From: Candidatus Rokuibacteriota bacterium
GTDB lineage: Bacteria > Methylomirabilota > Methylomirabilia > Rokubacteriales > CSP1-6
Assembly (NCBI GenBank): GCA_016179965.1
Contig: JACPCF010000008.1
Span: forward strand, 9,601 to 73,600
Reading direction: 5' to 3'
DNA: 64,000 nt
The notes under the pieces are model-generated. The model made no database searches and was not told the origin of the DNA. It saw only the letters and a list, made by a program, of their open reading frames with translations. Numbering within the stretch: the first letter of the stretch is position 1; each line of letters begins with the position of its first letter. Below are positions 1-9,980 of this stretch, piece by piece. The position numbers and the translations under genes are program-made.

Positions 1-624
1 GCCGCATTGAGGGGGCTTCCGGTCGGCGTCGCGGAAGAGGTCTTGCGGCAGGCGCTCGGCCGGCTGGGCGAGCGCCGTCCGCTTCGCTCGTGGGCGCTCG
101 GGGCCCTCGCGCGGTCTATCGCGACGGCATCCCCCGCTCCGATCAGGCTGGGGCGCGTGATGGTCGAGGTGAGCGGGGATCGGCTCAGGCTCTCCCGGGG
201 AACCGCTGAGCTTCTCACGGAAGCCATCCTTCCGGTCCCGGGCTCCGTCGAGGTCCCTGCCGCCTGGCTGAGGCTCGAAGCGCGCGAATTCAACTGTCCA
301 GAATCCTATACACCTCCCACCGACCCGTGGATCGTCGCCTTCGATCGGCAAGGGCTGCCTGGCACGCTGAGCGTGAGGGGGCGCCGCGCGGGGGACCGCT
401 TCCACCCCTTCGGCGCGCCGGGGAGCAAGCGGCTCAAGGCGTTCCTGATCAACGCCAAGATCCCGCGCTGGCGGCGTGACCACCTGCCCCTCCTCCTGGC
501 CGGCGGGGAGATCGCCTGGGTGGTGGGCGTCCGCCGCGGCGCTCTCGCTCCCGTGACCGCGGCCACCCGCCGGATCGTCGAAATCCGGGCGTGCCCCCTT
601 GGCGGCGGCGCGCGGGCGGAGTAA
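1..624 (+). CDS. tilS: tRNA(Ile)-lysidine synthetase, C-terminal portion (5'-truncated by window edge)
   Basis: C-terminal TilS signature ...GDRFHPFGAPGSKRLKAFLINAKIPRWRRDHLPLLLAGGEIAWVVG; ORF runs from window start to TAA at 622-624. Confidence 0.7.
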   Translation, partial: AALRGLPVGVAEEVLRQALGRLGERRPLRSWALGALARSIATASPAPIRLGRVMVEVSGDRLRLSRGTAELLTEAILPVPGSVEVPAAWLRLEAREFNCPESYTPPTDPWIVAFDRQGLPGTLSVRGRRAGDRFHPFGAPGSKRLKAFLINAKIPRWRRDHLPLLLAGGEIAWVVGVRRGALAPVTAATRRIVEIRACPLGGGARAE

Positions 625-625
625 G

Positions 626-2062
626 ATGGGGGCCGTGCTGACCCGCTGGTCGGTTCTTCTCCTCGTGGGCCTCCTGCTTCTGGCGTGCCCTCCGGACGTC
701 GGAGCCCAGCAGTCCCAGGACCCCAAGGCCACGCTCCGTGCCATGGAGGACGCGTTCGTCGCCGTGGTGGAGCACGTCATGCCCGCGGTGGTCAACGTCA
801 GCACCACCCCCAAGAAAGAGGCGGCCTCCGAGGAGCCCCAGACGGAGGAGCGCTTCCGCGAGTTCTTTGGGCCGGAATTCTTCGAGCGCTTCTTCCGGGG
901 TCGGCCGCCGCGCGAGCCGGCCCGCTCCTCCGGCTCCGGCGTGATCGTGGATCCGCGCGGCTACATCCTCACGAACAATCACGTCATCGAGAACGCCGCC
1001 GACATTCAGGTGCGGCTCTCCGACCAGCGGAAGTTCCCGGCCACGCTCGTGGGCCGGGACCCCAAGACCGATCTGGCGGTGCTGAAGATCGAGGCGCCCG
1101 GCCCGCTCCCCGTCGCGGAGCTCGGCGACTCGGATCGCCTCAAGATCGGCCAGTGGGCCATCGCGATCGGCAACCCCTTCGGCCTCGACCGGACGGTGAC
1201 CCTCGGCATCGTCTCCGCCACGGGGCGGATGCGGCTCGGGGTCTCACAGTTCGAGAACTTCATCCAGACCGATGCCTCCATCAACCCAGGCAACTCCGGC
1301 GGGCCCCTCCTGAACCTGGACGGCAAGGTGGTCGGTATCAACACGGCGATCGTCGCCACCGGGCAGGGGATCGGGTTTTCCATTCCGATCAACATGGCGA
1401 AGGAGGTCATGGCCCAGCTGATCAACCAGGGGCGCGTGGTCCGCGGGTGGCTCGGGATCGTGATCCAGGACCTGAGCGACGAGCTGGCGGGCGGCTTCGG
1501 GGTCGCGCCCCGGAGCGGCGTGCTCGTCGCCGACGTCATGAAGGACAGCCCGGCCGAGGCCGCCGGGCTGCGCGCCGGGGACGTCATCGTCGAGTTCGGC
1601 GGCCGGGCCACGCCCGAGGTGCCGGAGCTCCAGCGCCGCGTCGCCGCGACGCCTCCCGGCCAACCCATCCCGCTGACGATCCTCCGGGAGAAGAAGCAGG
1701 AGCGGCTCACGGTCAAGCTCGGGGAAATGCCCGGGGAGGAAACCCTCGTCGCCACGGCGCCCACGCGCGAGGCGTGGGGGCTTCGCGTGGCGATGCTGAC
1801 TCCGGAGCTGGCGCAGCGCTACGATCTCACCGCCCGGGAGGGCGTGGTGGTCATGGAGGTGGCGCCCGGCGGCCCCGCCGACCGCGCCGGGATCCGTCAG
1901 GGGGATGCGATCCTCGAGGTGAACCGCCGGCCCGTCCGGACCCTCGAGGCGTTCCAGCAGGCCCTCGCCAAGGTGAAGGCGGGCGAGGGCGTGGCCGTCT
2001 ACCTCCAGCGCGGGGGCGGCCGGCACGAGTACGTCGTCCTGAAGGGACCCGAGTCCAAGTAG
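626..2062 (+). CDS. htrA: DegP/HtrA-family periplasmic serine endoprotease with C-terminal PDZ domains
   Basis: ATG at 626 directly after tilS stop; N-terminal signal peptide; trypsin-like motifs TNNHV, DLAVLKI, GNSGGPL; two PDZ-like segments. Confidence 0.9.
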   Translation: MGAVLTRWSVLLLVGLLLLACPPDVGAQQSQDPKATLRAMEDAFVAVVEHVMPAVVNVSTTPKKEAASEEPQTEERFREFFGPEFFERFFRGRPPREPARSSGSGVIVDPRGYILTNNHVIENAADIQVRLSDQRKFPATLVGRDPKTDLAVLKIEAPGPLPVAELGDSDRLKIGQWAIAIGNPFGLDRTVTLGIVSATGRMRLGVSQFENFIQTDASINPGNSGGPLLNLDGKVVGINTAIVATGQGIGFSIPINMAKEVMAQLINQGRVVRGWLGIVIQDLSDELAGGFGVAPRSGVLVADVMKDSPAEAAGLRAGDVIVEFGGRATPEVPELQRRVAATPPGQPIPLTILREKKQERLTVKLGEMPGEETLVATAPTREAWGLRVAMLTPELAQRYDLTAREGVVVMEVAPGGPADRAGIRQGDAILEVNRRPVRTLEAFQQALAKVKAGEGVAVYLQRGGGRHEYVVLKGPESK

Positions 2063-2076
2063 CCCGGGGCGCGCCG

Positions 2077-3480
2077 GTGGCGCTCACGACGGAGAAGGAC
2101 CGACGCCCGGTCGTCCTGACCGTGGACGACGAGCTCGGGGTGCGGGCGGCGATTCGTCAGGTCCTCCAGGACGACTGCGACATCCTCGAGGCGACCGACA
2201 GCCCCTCGGCGCTCGCCCAGCTCCAGTCCCACGACGTGGATCTCGTCCTGCTTGACGTGCGCCTGCCCGGGGAGACCGGTATCGGAATCCTGGAACGGAT
2301 CAAGGCGCTCGAGGAGTCCCTGGAAGTGATCATGGTCACCGCCGTGAACAACGTGCGGACGGCCGTGGAGGCGATCCAGCGGGGGGCCTACGACTACGTC
2401 GTCAAGCCCTTCGACGTGGACGAGATGGAGAACCTGGTCCGCCGCGCCCTCGAGAAGCGCGCGCTCCAGCGCGAGGTGCTCTACCTCCGGTCGGAGCTGG
2501 CCAGCGCCCACGGCTTCGACGAGATCGTCGGGCGCCACCCCGAGATGGTCCGGATCTACGAGCGGGTCGCCCAGGTCGCCGAGACGACGGCCACGGTGCT
2601 GATCATGGGGGAGAGCGGCACAGGCAAGGAGCTCATCGCGCGCGCGATCCACCGCCAGGGCCCCCGGCGCGAGCGGCCGTTCGTCGCCGCCAACCTGGCC
2701 GCGATCCCGGAGCCGCTCCTGGAGTCCGAGCTGTTCGGCCACGAGAAGGGGGCGTTCACCGGGGCCTACCAGAAGAAGCCGGGCAAGTTCGAGCTGGCTC
2801 ACGGCGGGACGCTCTTCCTCGACGAGGTCGGGACGCTCCGCGTGGACCTCCAGGCGAAGCTCCTGCGCGTCCTCCAGGAGCGGGAGATCGAGCGCGTGGG
2901 CGGGACGCGGACCATCAAGGTGGACGTCCGGATCATCGCCGCGACGAACGCGAACCTCAGGCAGGCGGTGAAGGAGCGCGCCTTCCGGGAAGACCTCTTT
3001 TACCGGCTCAACGTGGTCCCGCTGACGGTGCTGCCGCTCCGCGAGCGGCGGGAGGATATCCCGGCGCTCGTCACGCACTTCGTCACGAAGTACAACCGCG
3101 AGTTCGGCAAGGCGATCCGGGGCGTCTCGCCGGGCGTGCTGCCCGTCCTGATGGAGTACGACTGGCCCGGGAACGTCCGCGAGCTGGAAAACATCATCGA
3201 GCGCTCGGTGGCCCTGGCCCGCGGGCTCGTGATCCGCTTGGCGGATCTGCCGCTGGACCTGGCGCTGCCCGAGGCCGCGCCGCGCGGCGAGGAGAAGGGG
3301 CTCACGCTCAAGGAGGCGCGGGAGCGCTTCGAGCGGCAGTTTATCCTGCGCGCCCTGGACCGGGTGGACTGGAACCAGAGCCGGGCGGCGCGCCTCCTGG
3401 GCCTCCACCGCAACACGCTGACGGCCAAGCTGGCCGGCTGGGGGCTTCGCCGCGGCGACGCCGATCAGGCTGCTCTCTAG
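2077..3480 (+). CDS. sigma-54-dependent Fis-family transcriptional activator (REC receiver, AAA+ sigma-54 interaction domain, C-terminal HTH)
   Basis: Receiver domain (VLTVDDE...LLDVRLPG), Walker [15 protein letters not shown] sigma-54 contact motif, C-terminal Fis-type HTH; GTG start inferred because the upstream part of the 931-aa ORF is a non-protein-like GC artefact. Confidence 0.85.
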   Translation: MALTTEKDRRPVVLTVDDELGVRAAIRQVLQDDCDILEATDSPSALAQLQSHDVDLVLLDVRLPGETGIGILERIKALEESLEVIMVTAVNNVRTAVEAIQRGAYDYVVKPFDVDEMENLVRRALEKRALQREVLYLRSELASAHGFDEIVGRHPEMVRIYERVAQVAETTATVLIMGESGTGKELIARAIHRQGPRRERPFVAANLAAIPEPLLESELFGHEKGAFTGAYQKKPGKFELAHGGTLFLDEVGTLRVDLQAKLLRVLQEREIERVGGTRTIKVDVRIIAATNANLRQAVKERAFREDLFYRLNVVPLTVLPLRERREDIPALVTHFVTKYNREFGKAIRGVSPGVLPVLMEYDWPGNVRELENIIERSVALARGLVIRLADLPLDLALPEAAPRGEEKGLTLKEARERFERQFILRALDRVDWNQSRAARLLGLHRNTLTAKLAGWGLRRGDADQAAL

Positions 3481-4181
3481 CGGTCCATTCGCGGCTCCAG
3501 GCCCCGCCACAGCAATTCCGCCCACCGGGCATACCCCTGATCCGACGGGTGGTAGCCGTCGGCGGCGATGAGCTCAGGACGCCGCGGCACTTCTCTCCGG
3601 CTCGGCGTGTAGAGATCCACGAGTTCCACGTCGTACATCCGGGCTTGCCGACGCAGCGCCTGGTTGAACAGCGCGACCCGTCGCCCGACCGTGGCGGCCT
3701 CCTCCCCGCCCCTGAAGCGCGGCGTGACCGTGAGATCCGGGATGAGGTTCACCACGAGGACGGCCGTCGTCTCGCGGAGGAGCGTTCGGAAGATCGTCTC
3801 CACGTTGCGCTCGTACGCCCCTGCCTCCCGGCTCCGCGTGATGTCATTCGGCCCGATGGAGAGCGTCACGAGGTCGGGCCGCAGCGCGAGGGCCCGTCCG
3901 AGCTGCCCCTCCACGACGTCCGCAGCGGTGGCGCCGCTCACCCCCAGGTTCATCAGGAGCGCCCCGGGGTACAGCGAGCGAAGGCGCTCGTAGAACCGGC
4001 TCACATAGTTTCGCTCGGGGTCGCTTGCGCCGACTCCATACACGGTGCTGTCGCCGAGGGCCACGTACATCACCGCCGTGCTCCGGTCGCTCGGTAGGCG
4101 ACGGGGAGGCATCACCTGGGCGGACCCGGCGAGGAGCAGCGCGTAGGCCAGCGTGAGGGTGAGGAGGAGCGGATGCTTCAT
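3477..4181 (-). CDS. secreted SGNH/GDSL-family hydrolase
   Basis: Signal peptide followed by a GDS block (YVALGDSTVYG) and a C-terminal DGYH-like block typical of SGNH hydrolases. Confidence 0.7.
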   Translation of the reverse strand: MKHPLLLTLTLAYALLLAGSAQVMPPRRLPSDRSTAVMYVALGDSTVYGVGASDPERNYVSRFYERLRSLYPGALLMNLGVSGATAADVVEGQLGRALALRPDLVTLSIGPNDITRSREAGAYERNVETIFRTLLRETTAVLVVNLIPDLTVTPRFRGGEEAATVGRRVALFNQALRRQARMYDVELVDLYTPSRREVPRRPELIAADGYHPSDQGYARWAELLWRGLEPRMDR

Positions 4182-4248
4182 GCGCGTGCCTCCAGCACGC
4201 CTACCCTAGCCCCCGAGTCTCGACGGGGTCAAGCGACGAGGACACCGC

Positions 4249-4290
4249 TTGACAGGCCTTCCGACTCCGCCTAGACTCCCCCCAAGTCCC
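4249..4290 (+). promoter_or_regulatory. sigma-70-type promoter module (TTGACA, 17 bp, TAGACT) plus conserved CCCCCCAAGTCCC leader; copy A of a duplicated 42-bp element
   Basis: Consensus -35, 17-bp spacer and -10-like hexamer. The same 42 bp with 3 mismatches recurs at 9981-10022 upstream of another + strand gene. Confidence 0.5.
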
Positions 4291-4422
4291 GCACTCTCAC
4301 CGTTTGGCCTAGGGGGGAAGAGGAATGCCCCTGGCTCCGGTCCGTGGGCAGATCCTGGACGCCCTCGTTGGTCATGCCGATGGTCGGCCGGGGCGTTTGC
4401 GCGTTCACGAAAGGAGGAACCC

Positions 4423-5694
4423 ATGGAACCCATCAGTCGCCGCCGATTCCTGACCACCACCGCCGGTCTCGCCGGCATCCTCGCCGCGGGCGTGCCGCCG
4501 GCGCGGGGCCAGCAGCGGGAGATCTCGTACCTGGCCTGGAATAACTTCGCCCCGGCGTCGGACAAGAAGCTGGCCGAGATCGGCCAGCGCTTCACCAAGG
4601 ACACGGGGATCAAGATCCGCATCGACCACATCGCCCACGCCCAGCAGGCAGCCAAGTACGCCTCGGAGGTCCAGAGCCAGGCCGGCCACGATCTGGTGGA
4701 GATGCGGATGCACTTCCCCTGGCTGTACGAGCCCCAGCTCGTGGACGTCTCGGACTTGGTGGCCGATCTGGAGAAGAAGTACGGCAAGGTGATCTCAGCG
4801 GGCTATGAGACAGCGCACGTCAAAGGCGTCTGGCGGGCCGTGCCCCAGTATCACCTGTTCTTCCTCGCGACCTACCGAGAGGACCTCTTTAAGAAGGCGG
4901 GGCTCCCGGTCCCGGACACCTGGGAGGACCTCTACAAGGTCGGCAAGGAGCTGAAGAAGATGGGGCACCCGGTCGGGATCCCCATCAGCCAGAACTACGA
5001 CTCCATCTCGACGGCGGGTCCCGTACTCTGGTCCCTGGGCGGGATGGAGATCGATAAGGACGGCAAAACGGTCCGCATCAACTCGCCCCAGACCGTCGAA
5101 ATGGTCGAGTGGTACAAGAAGATGTTCCGTGACTGCATGGAGCCCGAAGTCCTCTCCTGGAACGACGCGAGCAACAACGAGTCGATCACGGCCGGCAAGG
5201 CGGGGTGGATCCACAACCCGATCAGCGCCTACCTCCTGGCGCGGAACAAGAAGATGGTGACGGCCGACGGGATCAACCACCACCGGAGCCTGGCCGGTCC
5301 CCAGGGCCGCCACGATACCGACGTGCCGCGCCACATGGGGATCTGGAAGTTCTCGAAGAACATCGAGGCGTCCAAGGAGTGGATCCGCTACCTGCTCGGG
5401 AAGAAAGAGGTCTACGACGAGTACATCGTGTCGGGCGACGCCTTCAACCTCCCGGTCTACACGAACCTCCAGGATCACCCCGTGCTCAAGACCGACCCCA
5501 AGTTCGCCGCGGTCAAGCCTGAAGGAGTCCAGTTGCACGCCTACGGCTGGCCCGCTCCGCCCAGCGACAAGGTCCAGCAGATTACCAACTTGTTCGTCCT
5601 GCCGAACATGATCGCCAAGGCGGTGACCGGCACGCCGACCAAGGAGGCCATCGCCTGGGCCGAGAACGAGATGAAGCGGATGCTGGCCGGGTAA
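4423..5694 (+). CDS. ABC transporter substrate-binding protein (family 1, carbohydrate-type) with Tat signal
   Basis: RBS AAGGAGGA before ATG; twin-arginine motif SRRRFLTTTAGLAG; followed immediately by two MalF/MalG-type permease genes. Confidence 0.85.
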   Translation: MEPISRRRFLTTTAGLAGILAAGVPPARGQQREISYLAWNNFAPASDKKLAEIGQRFTKDTGIKIRIDHIAHAQQAAKYASEVQSQAGHDLVEMRMHFPWLYEPQLVDVSDLVADLEKKYGKVISAGYETAHVKGVWRAVPQYHLFFLATYREDLFKKAGLPVPDTWEDLYKVGKELKKMGHPVGIPISQNYDSISTAGPVLWSLGGMEIDKDGKTVRINSPQTVEMVEWYKKMFRDCMEPEVLSWNDASNNESITAGKAGWIHNPISAYLLARNKKMVTADGINHHRSLAGPQGRHDTDVPRHMGIWKFSKNIEASKEWIRYLLGKKEVYDEYIVSGDAFNLPVYTNLQDHPVLKTDPKFAAVKPEGVQLHAYGWPAPPSDKVQQITNLFVLPNMIAKAVTGTPTKEAIAWAENEMKRMLAG

Positions 5695-5699
5695 CCTGA

Positions 5700-6638
5700 G
5701 TGGCTGTCGGAAACGTCGGCGTCGCCACTGTTGCCCGCCGATCGCTGAGAGTCCGGGTCCGGGAGCTGATCGACCGCGAGAAGATCCTGGGCCCGGTCTT
5801 TGTGACACCGGCCCTGCTCCTGCTCGTGCTGCTCGTCGCTTATCCGTTCGCCATGGCGCTCTACTTCTCGGTCTCCAACGCCTTCATCGGCCGGCCAAGC
5901 CACTTCATCGGTGTCCAGAACTTCGTCAACCTCTGGCAGAGTGACGCCTTCCGCCAGACCTTCCAGAACGCCTTCGTTTTCACGGGCAGTGCGGTGGCCA
6001 TCAAGTTAGTTCTGGGGATTTCCCTCGCGTTGCTGCTCAACCAGCAGCTCTGGTTCAAGCGGGCCATCCGGGGGGCCGTCCTCCTGCCCTGGGTGATCCC
6101 CACGGCGCTCTCCACGCTCGGCTGGTGGTGGATGTTCAGCTCGCTTTACAGCGTGGTGAACTGGACCGGCATCGCGGTGGGGATCATGGACCCGCCGGGC
6201 CCCAACTGGCTCGGGCAGAAGTACTACGCGATGACCGCCGTGGTGGCGGTGAACGTCTGGCGGGGGCTCCCATTCTTCGCGATCACGATCCTCGCCGGGC
6301 TGGTCTCGATCCCCCGGGAGCTCTACGAGGCCGCGGAGGCCGACGGCGCCGGGCCGGTGGGGCGTTTCTGGTACGTCACGCTCCCGATGCTGAAACCGGT
6401 CCTGGCGATCGTCGTCCTGTTCTCCACGATCTTCACGTTCAGCGACTTCAACATCGTCTACGTGCTGACCCACGGCGGGCCCATCAACTCCACGCATCTC
6501 TTCGCCACGCTCGCGCGCCAGATAGGGCTGGAGACCGGGCGGATCGCCGAGGGCGCCGCGATCTCGCTGTACCTGTTCCCCCTGCTGGTCTTCGTGGTGT
6601 ACGCCCAGTTGAAGTTCGTGAGGAAGGAGGTCTACTAA
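5700..6638 (+). CDS. ABC transporter permease (MalF/UgpA-type)
   Basis: Six hydrophobic segments and an EAA-like loop (EAAEADGAG); tight spacing with flanking transporter genes. Confidence 0.85.
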   Translation: MAVGNVGVATVARRSLRVRVRELIDREKILGPVFVTPALLLLVLLVAYPFAMALYFSVSNAFIGRPSHFIGVQNFVNLWQSDAFRQTFQNAFVFTGSAVAIKLVLGISLALLLNQQLWFKRAIRGAVLLPWVIPTALSTLGWWWMFSSLYSVVNWTGIAVGIMDPPGPNWLGQKYYAMTAVVAVNVWRGLPFFAITILAGLVSIPRELYEAAEADGAGPVGRFWYVTLPMLKPVLAIVVLFSTIFTFSDFNIVYVLTHGGPINSTHLFATLARQIGLETGRIAEGAAISLYLFPLLVFVVYAQLKFVRKEVY

Positions 6639-7487
6639 GTGGAGGGCCAGTCGGCCCGGAGGCTCCGCTGGAAGGTCGCGAGCCATCTCCTGCTCGTCCC
6701 GTTCCTCCTCTTCGCGCTTTTCCCCTTCTACCACATGGCCCTGACCTCCCTGAAACAGGACCGGGAGCTCTACGACCGGCAGGCCGTTCCGCTCCTGATC
6801 CGCCAGGGGCCCACGCTCGATCACTACCAGAAGCTCCTGTGGGAGAGCGCGTTTCTGACGTGGACGAAGAACAGCCTCCTGGTCACGCTCCTCGCGACAA
6901 CGCTCTCGCTGGTCATCGGGACCGTCGCCGCCTACGCGCTGGCGCGGCTCCGGTTCTTCGGCGTCGCGAGCTTCGGAACCGGCATCTTCGTCACCTACCT
7001 GGTGCCGACGTCCCTCCTCTTCCTGCCGATGGCCCAGGTGGTGAACTGGCTGGGGCTCGGCGACTCCAAGTGGTCGCTGGTGGTGACGTACCCGACCTTC
7101 CTCGTGCCGTTCTGCACGTGGCTCCTGATGGGCTACTTCCGGACCGTCCCCAAGGAGGTGGAGGAGTGCGCGATGGTGGATGGCGCCACCCGGATCCAGG
7201 CCCTGCTCCGGATCGTGCTCCCCATCGCGGTCCCGGGGCTGGTCTGCGCCGCGCTGTTCGCCTTCACCCTCTCGTGGAACGAGTTCATCTACGCGCTGAC
7301 CTTCACCTCGTCCTCCGACCAGATCACGGCGAGCGTGGGGGTGACCAGCGAGCTGATCCGAGGGGACGTCTACTTCTGGGGCCCGCTGATGGCGGGGGCG
7401 ATCCTGGGTTCCGTCCCGATCGTGGTCCTCTACGTCTTCTTCCTCGACTATTACGTCTCCGGCCTGACCGCGGGCGCCCTGAAGTAA
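6639..7487 (+). CDS. ABC transporter permease (MalG/UgpE-type)
   Basis: GTG start abutting the upstream stop; hydrophobic profile with conserved permease loop (ECAMVDGATRIQ). Confidence 0.85.
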   Translation: MEGQSARRLRWKVASHLLLVPFLLFALFPFYHMALTSLKQDRELYDRQAVPLLIRQGPTLDHYQKLLWESAFLTWTKNSLLVTLLATTLSLVIGTVAAYALARLRFFGVASFGTGIFVTYLVPTSLLFLPMAQVVNWLGLGDSKWSLVVTYPTFLVPFCTWLLMGYFRTVPKEVEECAMVDGATRIQALLRIVLPIAVPGLVCAALFAFTLSWNEFIYALTFTSSSDQITASVGVTSELIRGDVYFWGPLMAGAILGSVPIVVLYVFFLDYYVSGLTAGALK

Positions 7488-7496
7488 GGCCCCGGC

Positions 7497-8225
7497 CTAG
7501 CCCATCCCGGCCCCGAAGGCTTCGAGCATTCCGTCGGCGCAGATCCGCCGGGCGGTGATGGCGCGCCGCATGGCGAGGCACCCGCGCGCCTGCTCTTCGT
7601 CGGTGGTCGCGAGCTTCGACAGGATGCGGACGGCGCGGTCGGCGTGGTCGCCTTCGACCTCCACGTGCACGGAGTAGAAGTCGAGCGACGCGCGGGACAC
7701 CCCGTAGTGCTTCTCCATCGCGTCGGCCATGCGCTGCATGTGGATTGGGTTGATCGACTCCGTCGCGATGTTCCCGCCGCAGAGCGCCTCGAGCGTGGAC
7801 GAGCGCTGGAGGAGGAACAGCTCGTTCTTCTCGATGATCGTCGTCGGCAGGTACTGCGTCGCGAAGATCTCGTCCTTGGAGATTCCCAGGGCCTCGGCGA
7901 GCTTGATGAAGAGGTAGGCGTGAGCAGTCGTCTTGCCGCCGACCATGTCCTCGCCGCCCTCCTCGACGACGAGCGGGATGAGGGCGCGCTGGCGCTCCAG
8001 GTCGTCGAAGGTCGGCGTATAGCCTCCGACGGAGATGATCTTCCACGCCGCATGACGGAGCGTGTCGAGGAAGAAACACCCCTGCTGCCTGATGACGCTC
8101 TGGAGCTGGCTCCGGCCAAGCTCCCCTTGGTAGATCATCCGGAACAGGCGATGGTGGAGCCACGGGTGCGTCTCCCGCGCCTCCTCGAGCAGGGCGGCGG
8201 CGAACGCGGCGGGTGAGAGCGCCAT
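7497..8225 (-). CDS. TenA/PqqC-like heme-oxygenase-fold protein (possible diiron HDO-type redox enzyme)
   Basis: 242 aa, all-helical, with H/E-containing helices (TAHAYLFIKLAE, VHVEVEGDHADRAV) resembling the PqqC/TenA/CADD family; family assignment is from pattern recall only. Confidence 0.5.
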   Translation of the reverse strand: MALSPAAFAAALLEEARETHPWLHHRLFRMIYQGELGRSQLQSVIRQQGCFFLDTLRHAAWKIISVGGYTPTFDDLERQRALIPLVVEEGGEDMVGGKTTAHAYLFIKLAEALGISKDEIFATQYLPTTIIEKNELFLLQRSSTLEALCGGNIATESINPIHMQRMADAMEKHYGVSRASLDFYSVHVEVEGDHADRAVRILSKLATTDEEQARGCLAMRRAITARRICADGMLEAFGAGMG

Positions 8226-8240
8226 CGTGTCTTCTCCTCG

Positions 8241-9932
8241 TCAGTCGGCCGGGCGAAGGACGCGGCCGGGCGGCGGGCCCTCAGGCGACTCGGGTAGCCT
8301 TCCGTCGCTGATCACCGCCCGCCCGTTCACGAACGACCAGACGAGACCGCTAGCGCGCTGGACGAGGCGGGGCCCGCCGTCGGGCAGGTCGTGCCGAACC
8401 TCCGGCGCGTGATCGCTGATCGTCGCCGGATCGAAGACCACGATGTCGGCGGCGAGCCCGGGGGTCAGGCGTCCCCGATCGCGGATGCCGAAGACATCCG
8501 CGGGCATCGAGGTGATCCGTCGCACCGCCTCTTCGAGCGTGAGCGCCTTCCGCTCGCGCACCCATTGGCCCAGGAGCCGGCTCGTCTGGCCGGCTTCACA
8601 GAAGAGCGTGAGATGGGCCCCGGCGTCGGAGAGACCCAGGAGCGTCTTGGGGTGCGTGAAGATGTCCGCGACGGACGCCGCGTCGGTGTTCAGGATGGCG
8701 ACCGTGAACTCGGTCTTGAGGTCCTCGTCGAGAGCCAGGTCGAAGAAGGCGTCGATGACGTCTTTTCCCATCTCTCGAGCCACGTCGGCGACGGGCCGGC
8801 CGACGAAACGGGCGTGGGCCGGCGACTGGACCGCATGCACGCGGAGCGGCGCGGTGTCGCCGGTGAAGAGGGGAGTCCGGCCGACGGTCGAGCGGAACTC
8901 CTGCCGGAACCCCGGATCCCGAAAGAGCGCGCGCCAGCCCGACAGCGGAGTTTCCATCACCCGCCGCCACACGGGGAACCGGTAAAAGACGAAGGGTCCC
9001 GTGAGGTCGAAGGTGGCGGTGAGGGGCGAGCAGGTCCCTTGCGGGTAGATGGGTACACCTTCCCGATGGAGCGCCTCGATCCGGGCGAGGACCTCGCGGT
9101 GCTCCGCGGGGCGCGAAGGGTTGTGGCGGATCGAGACGAGCGTGACGGGCCGCCGTCCCGCGCGGGCCAGCTCGGCGAACCGGTCGACCTCCGCGACGCG
9201 ATCGGGTCGCGTGCCTCCGATCGTCAGCTCGAGGATGCCCCGGCCGGTCTCGCCCATCACCTCGACGAGCCGCGTCAGCTCCTCGTCCGCGGCGAGCCGG
9301 CTCGGCACGGGCCGGCCGCGGTCGCCGACGTGGTTCGTGTTCGCCGAGGAGGAGAGACCGAGGGCCCCAGCCCCCATTGCCTCACGGACGACCGCCGCCA
9401 TCTCCGCGATCTCGTCCGCCGACGCCGCCCGCTCCCACGCCGCGTCTCCCATCACGTATTGGCGGACCGCGGAATGGCCGACGAGGGCGCCGACGTTCAC
9501 CCAGAGGCCGCCCCGGTCGAGCGCGTCCAGGTATTCCCGGAAGCTCTCGAAGTCCCAGCGGATCCCCTTCCGCATCGCCTCCAGCGACATGCCCTCGACG
9601 TACTGCAGCATGCGCATCAGCGCCTCGCGGTCCCGCGGCCGGCAGGGCGCGATGGTGAAGCCGCAGTTGCCGGTCACGACCGTGGTGACCCCGTGCCAGG
9701 AGGAGCACGAGGCGAAGGGATCCCAGGTGAGCTGAGCGTCGTAGTGGGTGTGGGGGTCGATGAACCCCGGGGCCACGGCGAGCCCGGTGGCGTCGATCTC
9801 CCGCCCTCCGCGCGCCGTCACGACGCCGACCTCGCCGATCCGCCCGTTCGCCACTGCCAGGTCGCCGTGACGGGCGGGGGCTCCGGTCCCGTCAACGATC
9901 AGGCCGCCGCGAATCACGAGGTCGTGGCTCAT
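8241..9932 (-). CDS. N-acyl-D-amino-acid deacylase (D-aminoacylase) family amidohydrolase
   Basis: N-terminus MSHDLVIRGGLIVDGTG...GFIDPHTHYD metal-binding motif; length and motifs typical of D-aminoacylases; start set at the internal ATG matching homologue N-termini. Confidence 0.85.
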   Translation of the reverse strand: MSHDLVIRGGLIVDGTGAPARHGDLAVANGRIGEVGVVTARGGREIDATGLAVAPGFIDPHTHYDAQLTWDPFASCSSWHGVTTVVTGNCGFTIAPCRPRDREALMRMLQYVEGMSLEAMRKGIRWDFESFREYLDALDRGGLWVNVGALVGHSAVRQYVMGDAAWERAASADEIAEMAAVVREAMGAGALGLSSSANTNHVGDRGRPVPSRLAADEELTRLVEVMGETGRGILELTIGGTRPDRVAEVDRFAELARAGRRPVTLVSIRHNPSRPAEHREVLARIEALHREGVPIYPQGTCSPLTATFDLTGPFVFYRFPVWRRVMETPLSGWRALFRDPGFRQEFRSTVGRTPLFTGDTAPLRVHAVQSPAHARFVGRPVADVAREMGKDVIDAFFDLALDEDLKTEFTVAILNTDAASVADIFTHPKTLLGLSDAGAHLTLFCEAGQTSRLLGQWVRERKALTLEEAVRRITSMPADVFGIRDRGRLTPGLAADIVVFDPATISDHAPEVRHDLPDGGPRLVQRASGLVWSFVNGRAVISDGRLPESPEGPPPGRVLRPAD

Positions 9933-9980
9933 GCCCACCCCCCTGTCGGTGGCTGCCATCATAGCACCGCCCTCGCTTCC

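Noticed and set aside
685-2076. N-terminal 460 codons of the 931-aa ORF (685-3480), and the many long antisense ORFs over htrA and the sigma-54 activator (1244-2026, 1999-3525, 1006-1764)
   Set aside because: Extremely Arg/Gly/Pro/Ala-rich and low in complexity, overlapping a well-supported HtrA gene in another frame. This is the typical GC-skew artefact of a 68% GC genome.
6006-7558. ORFs 6006-6824 (-) and 6125-7558 (+) overlapping the ABC permease genes
   Set aside because: Alternative-frame artefacts. The permeases in the annotated frame show canonical TM and EAA features.
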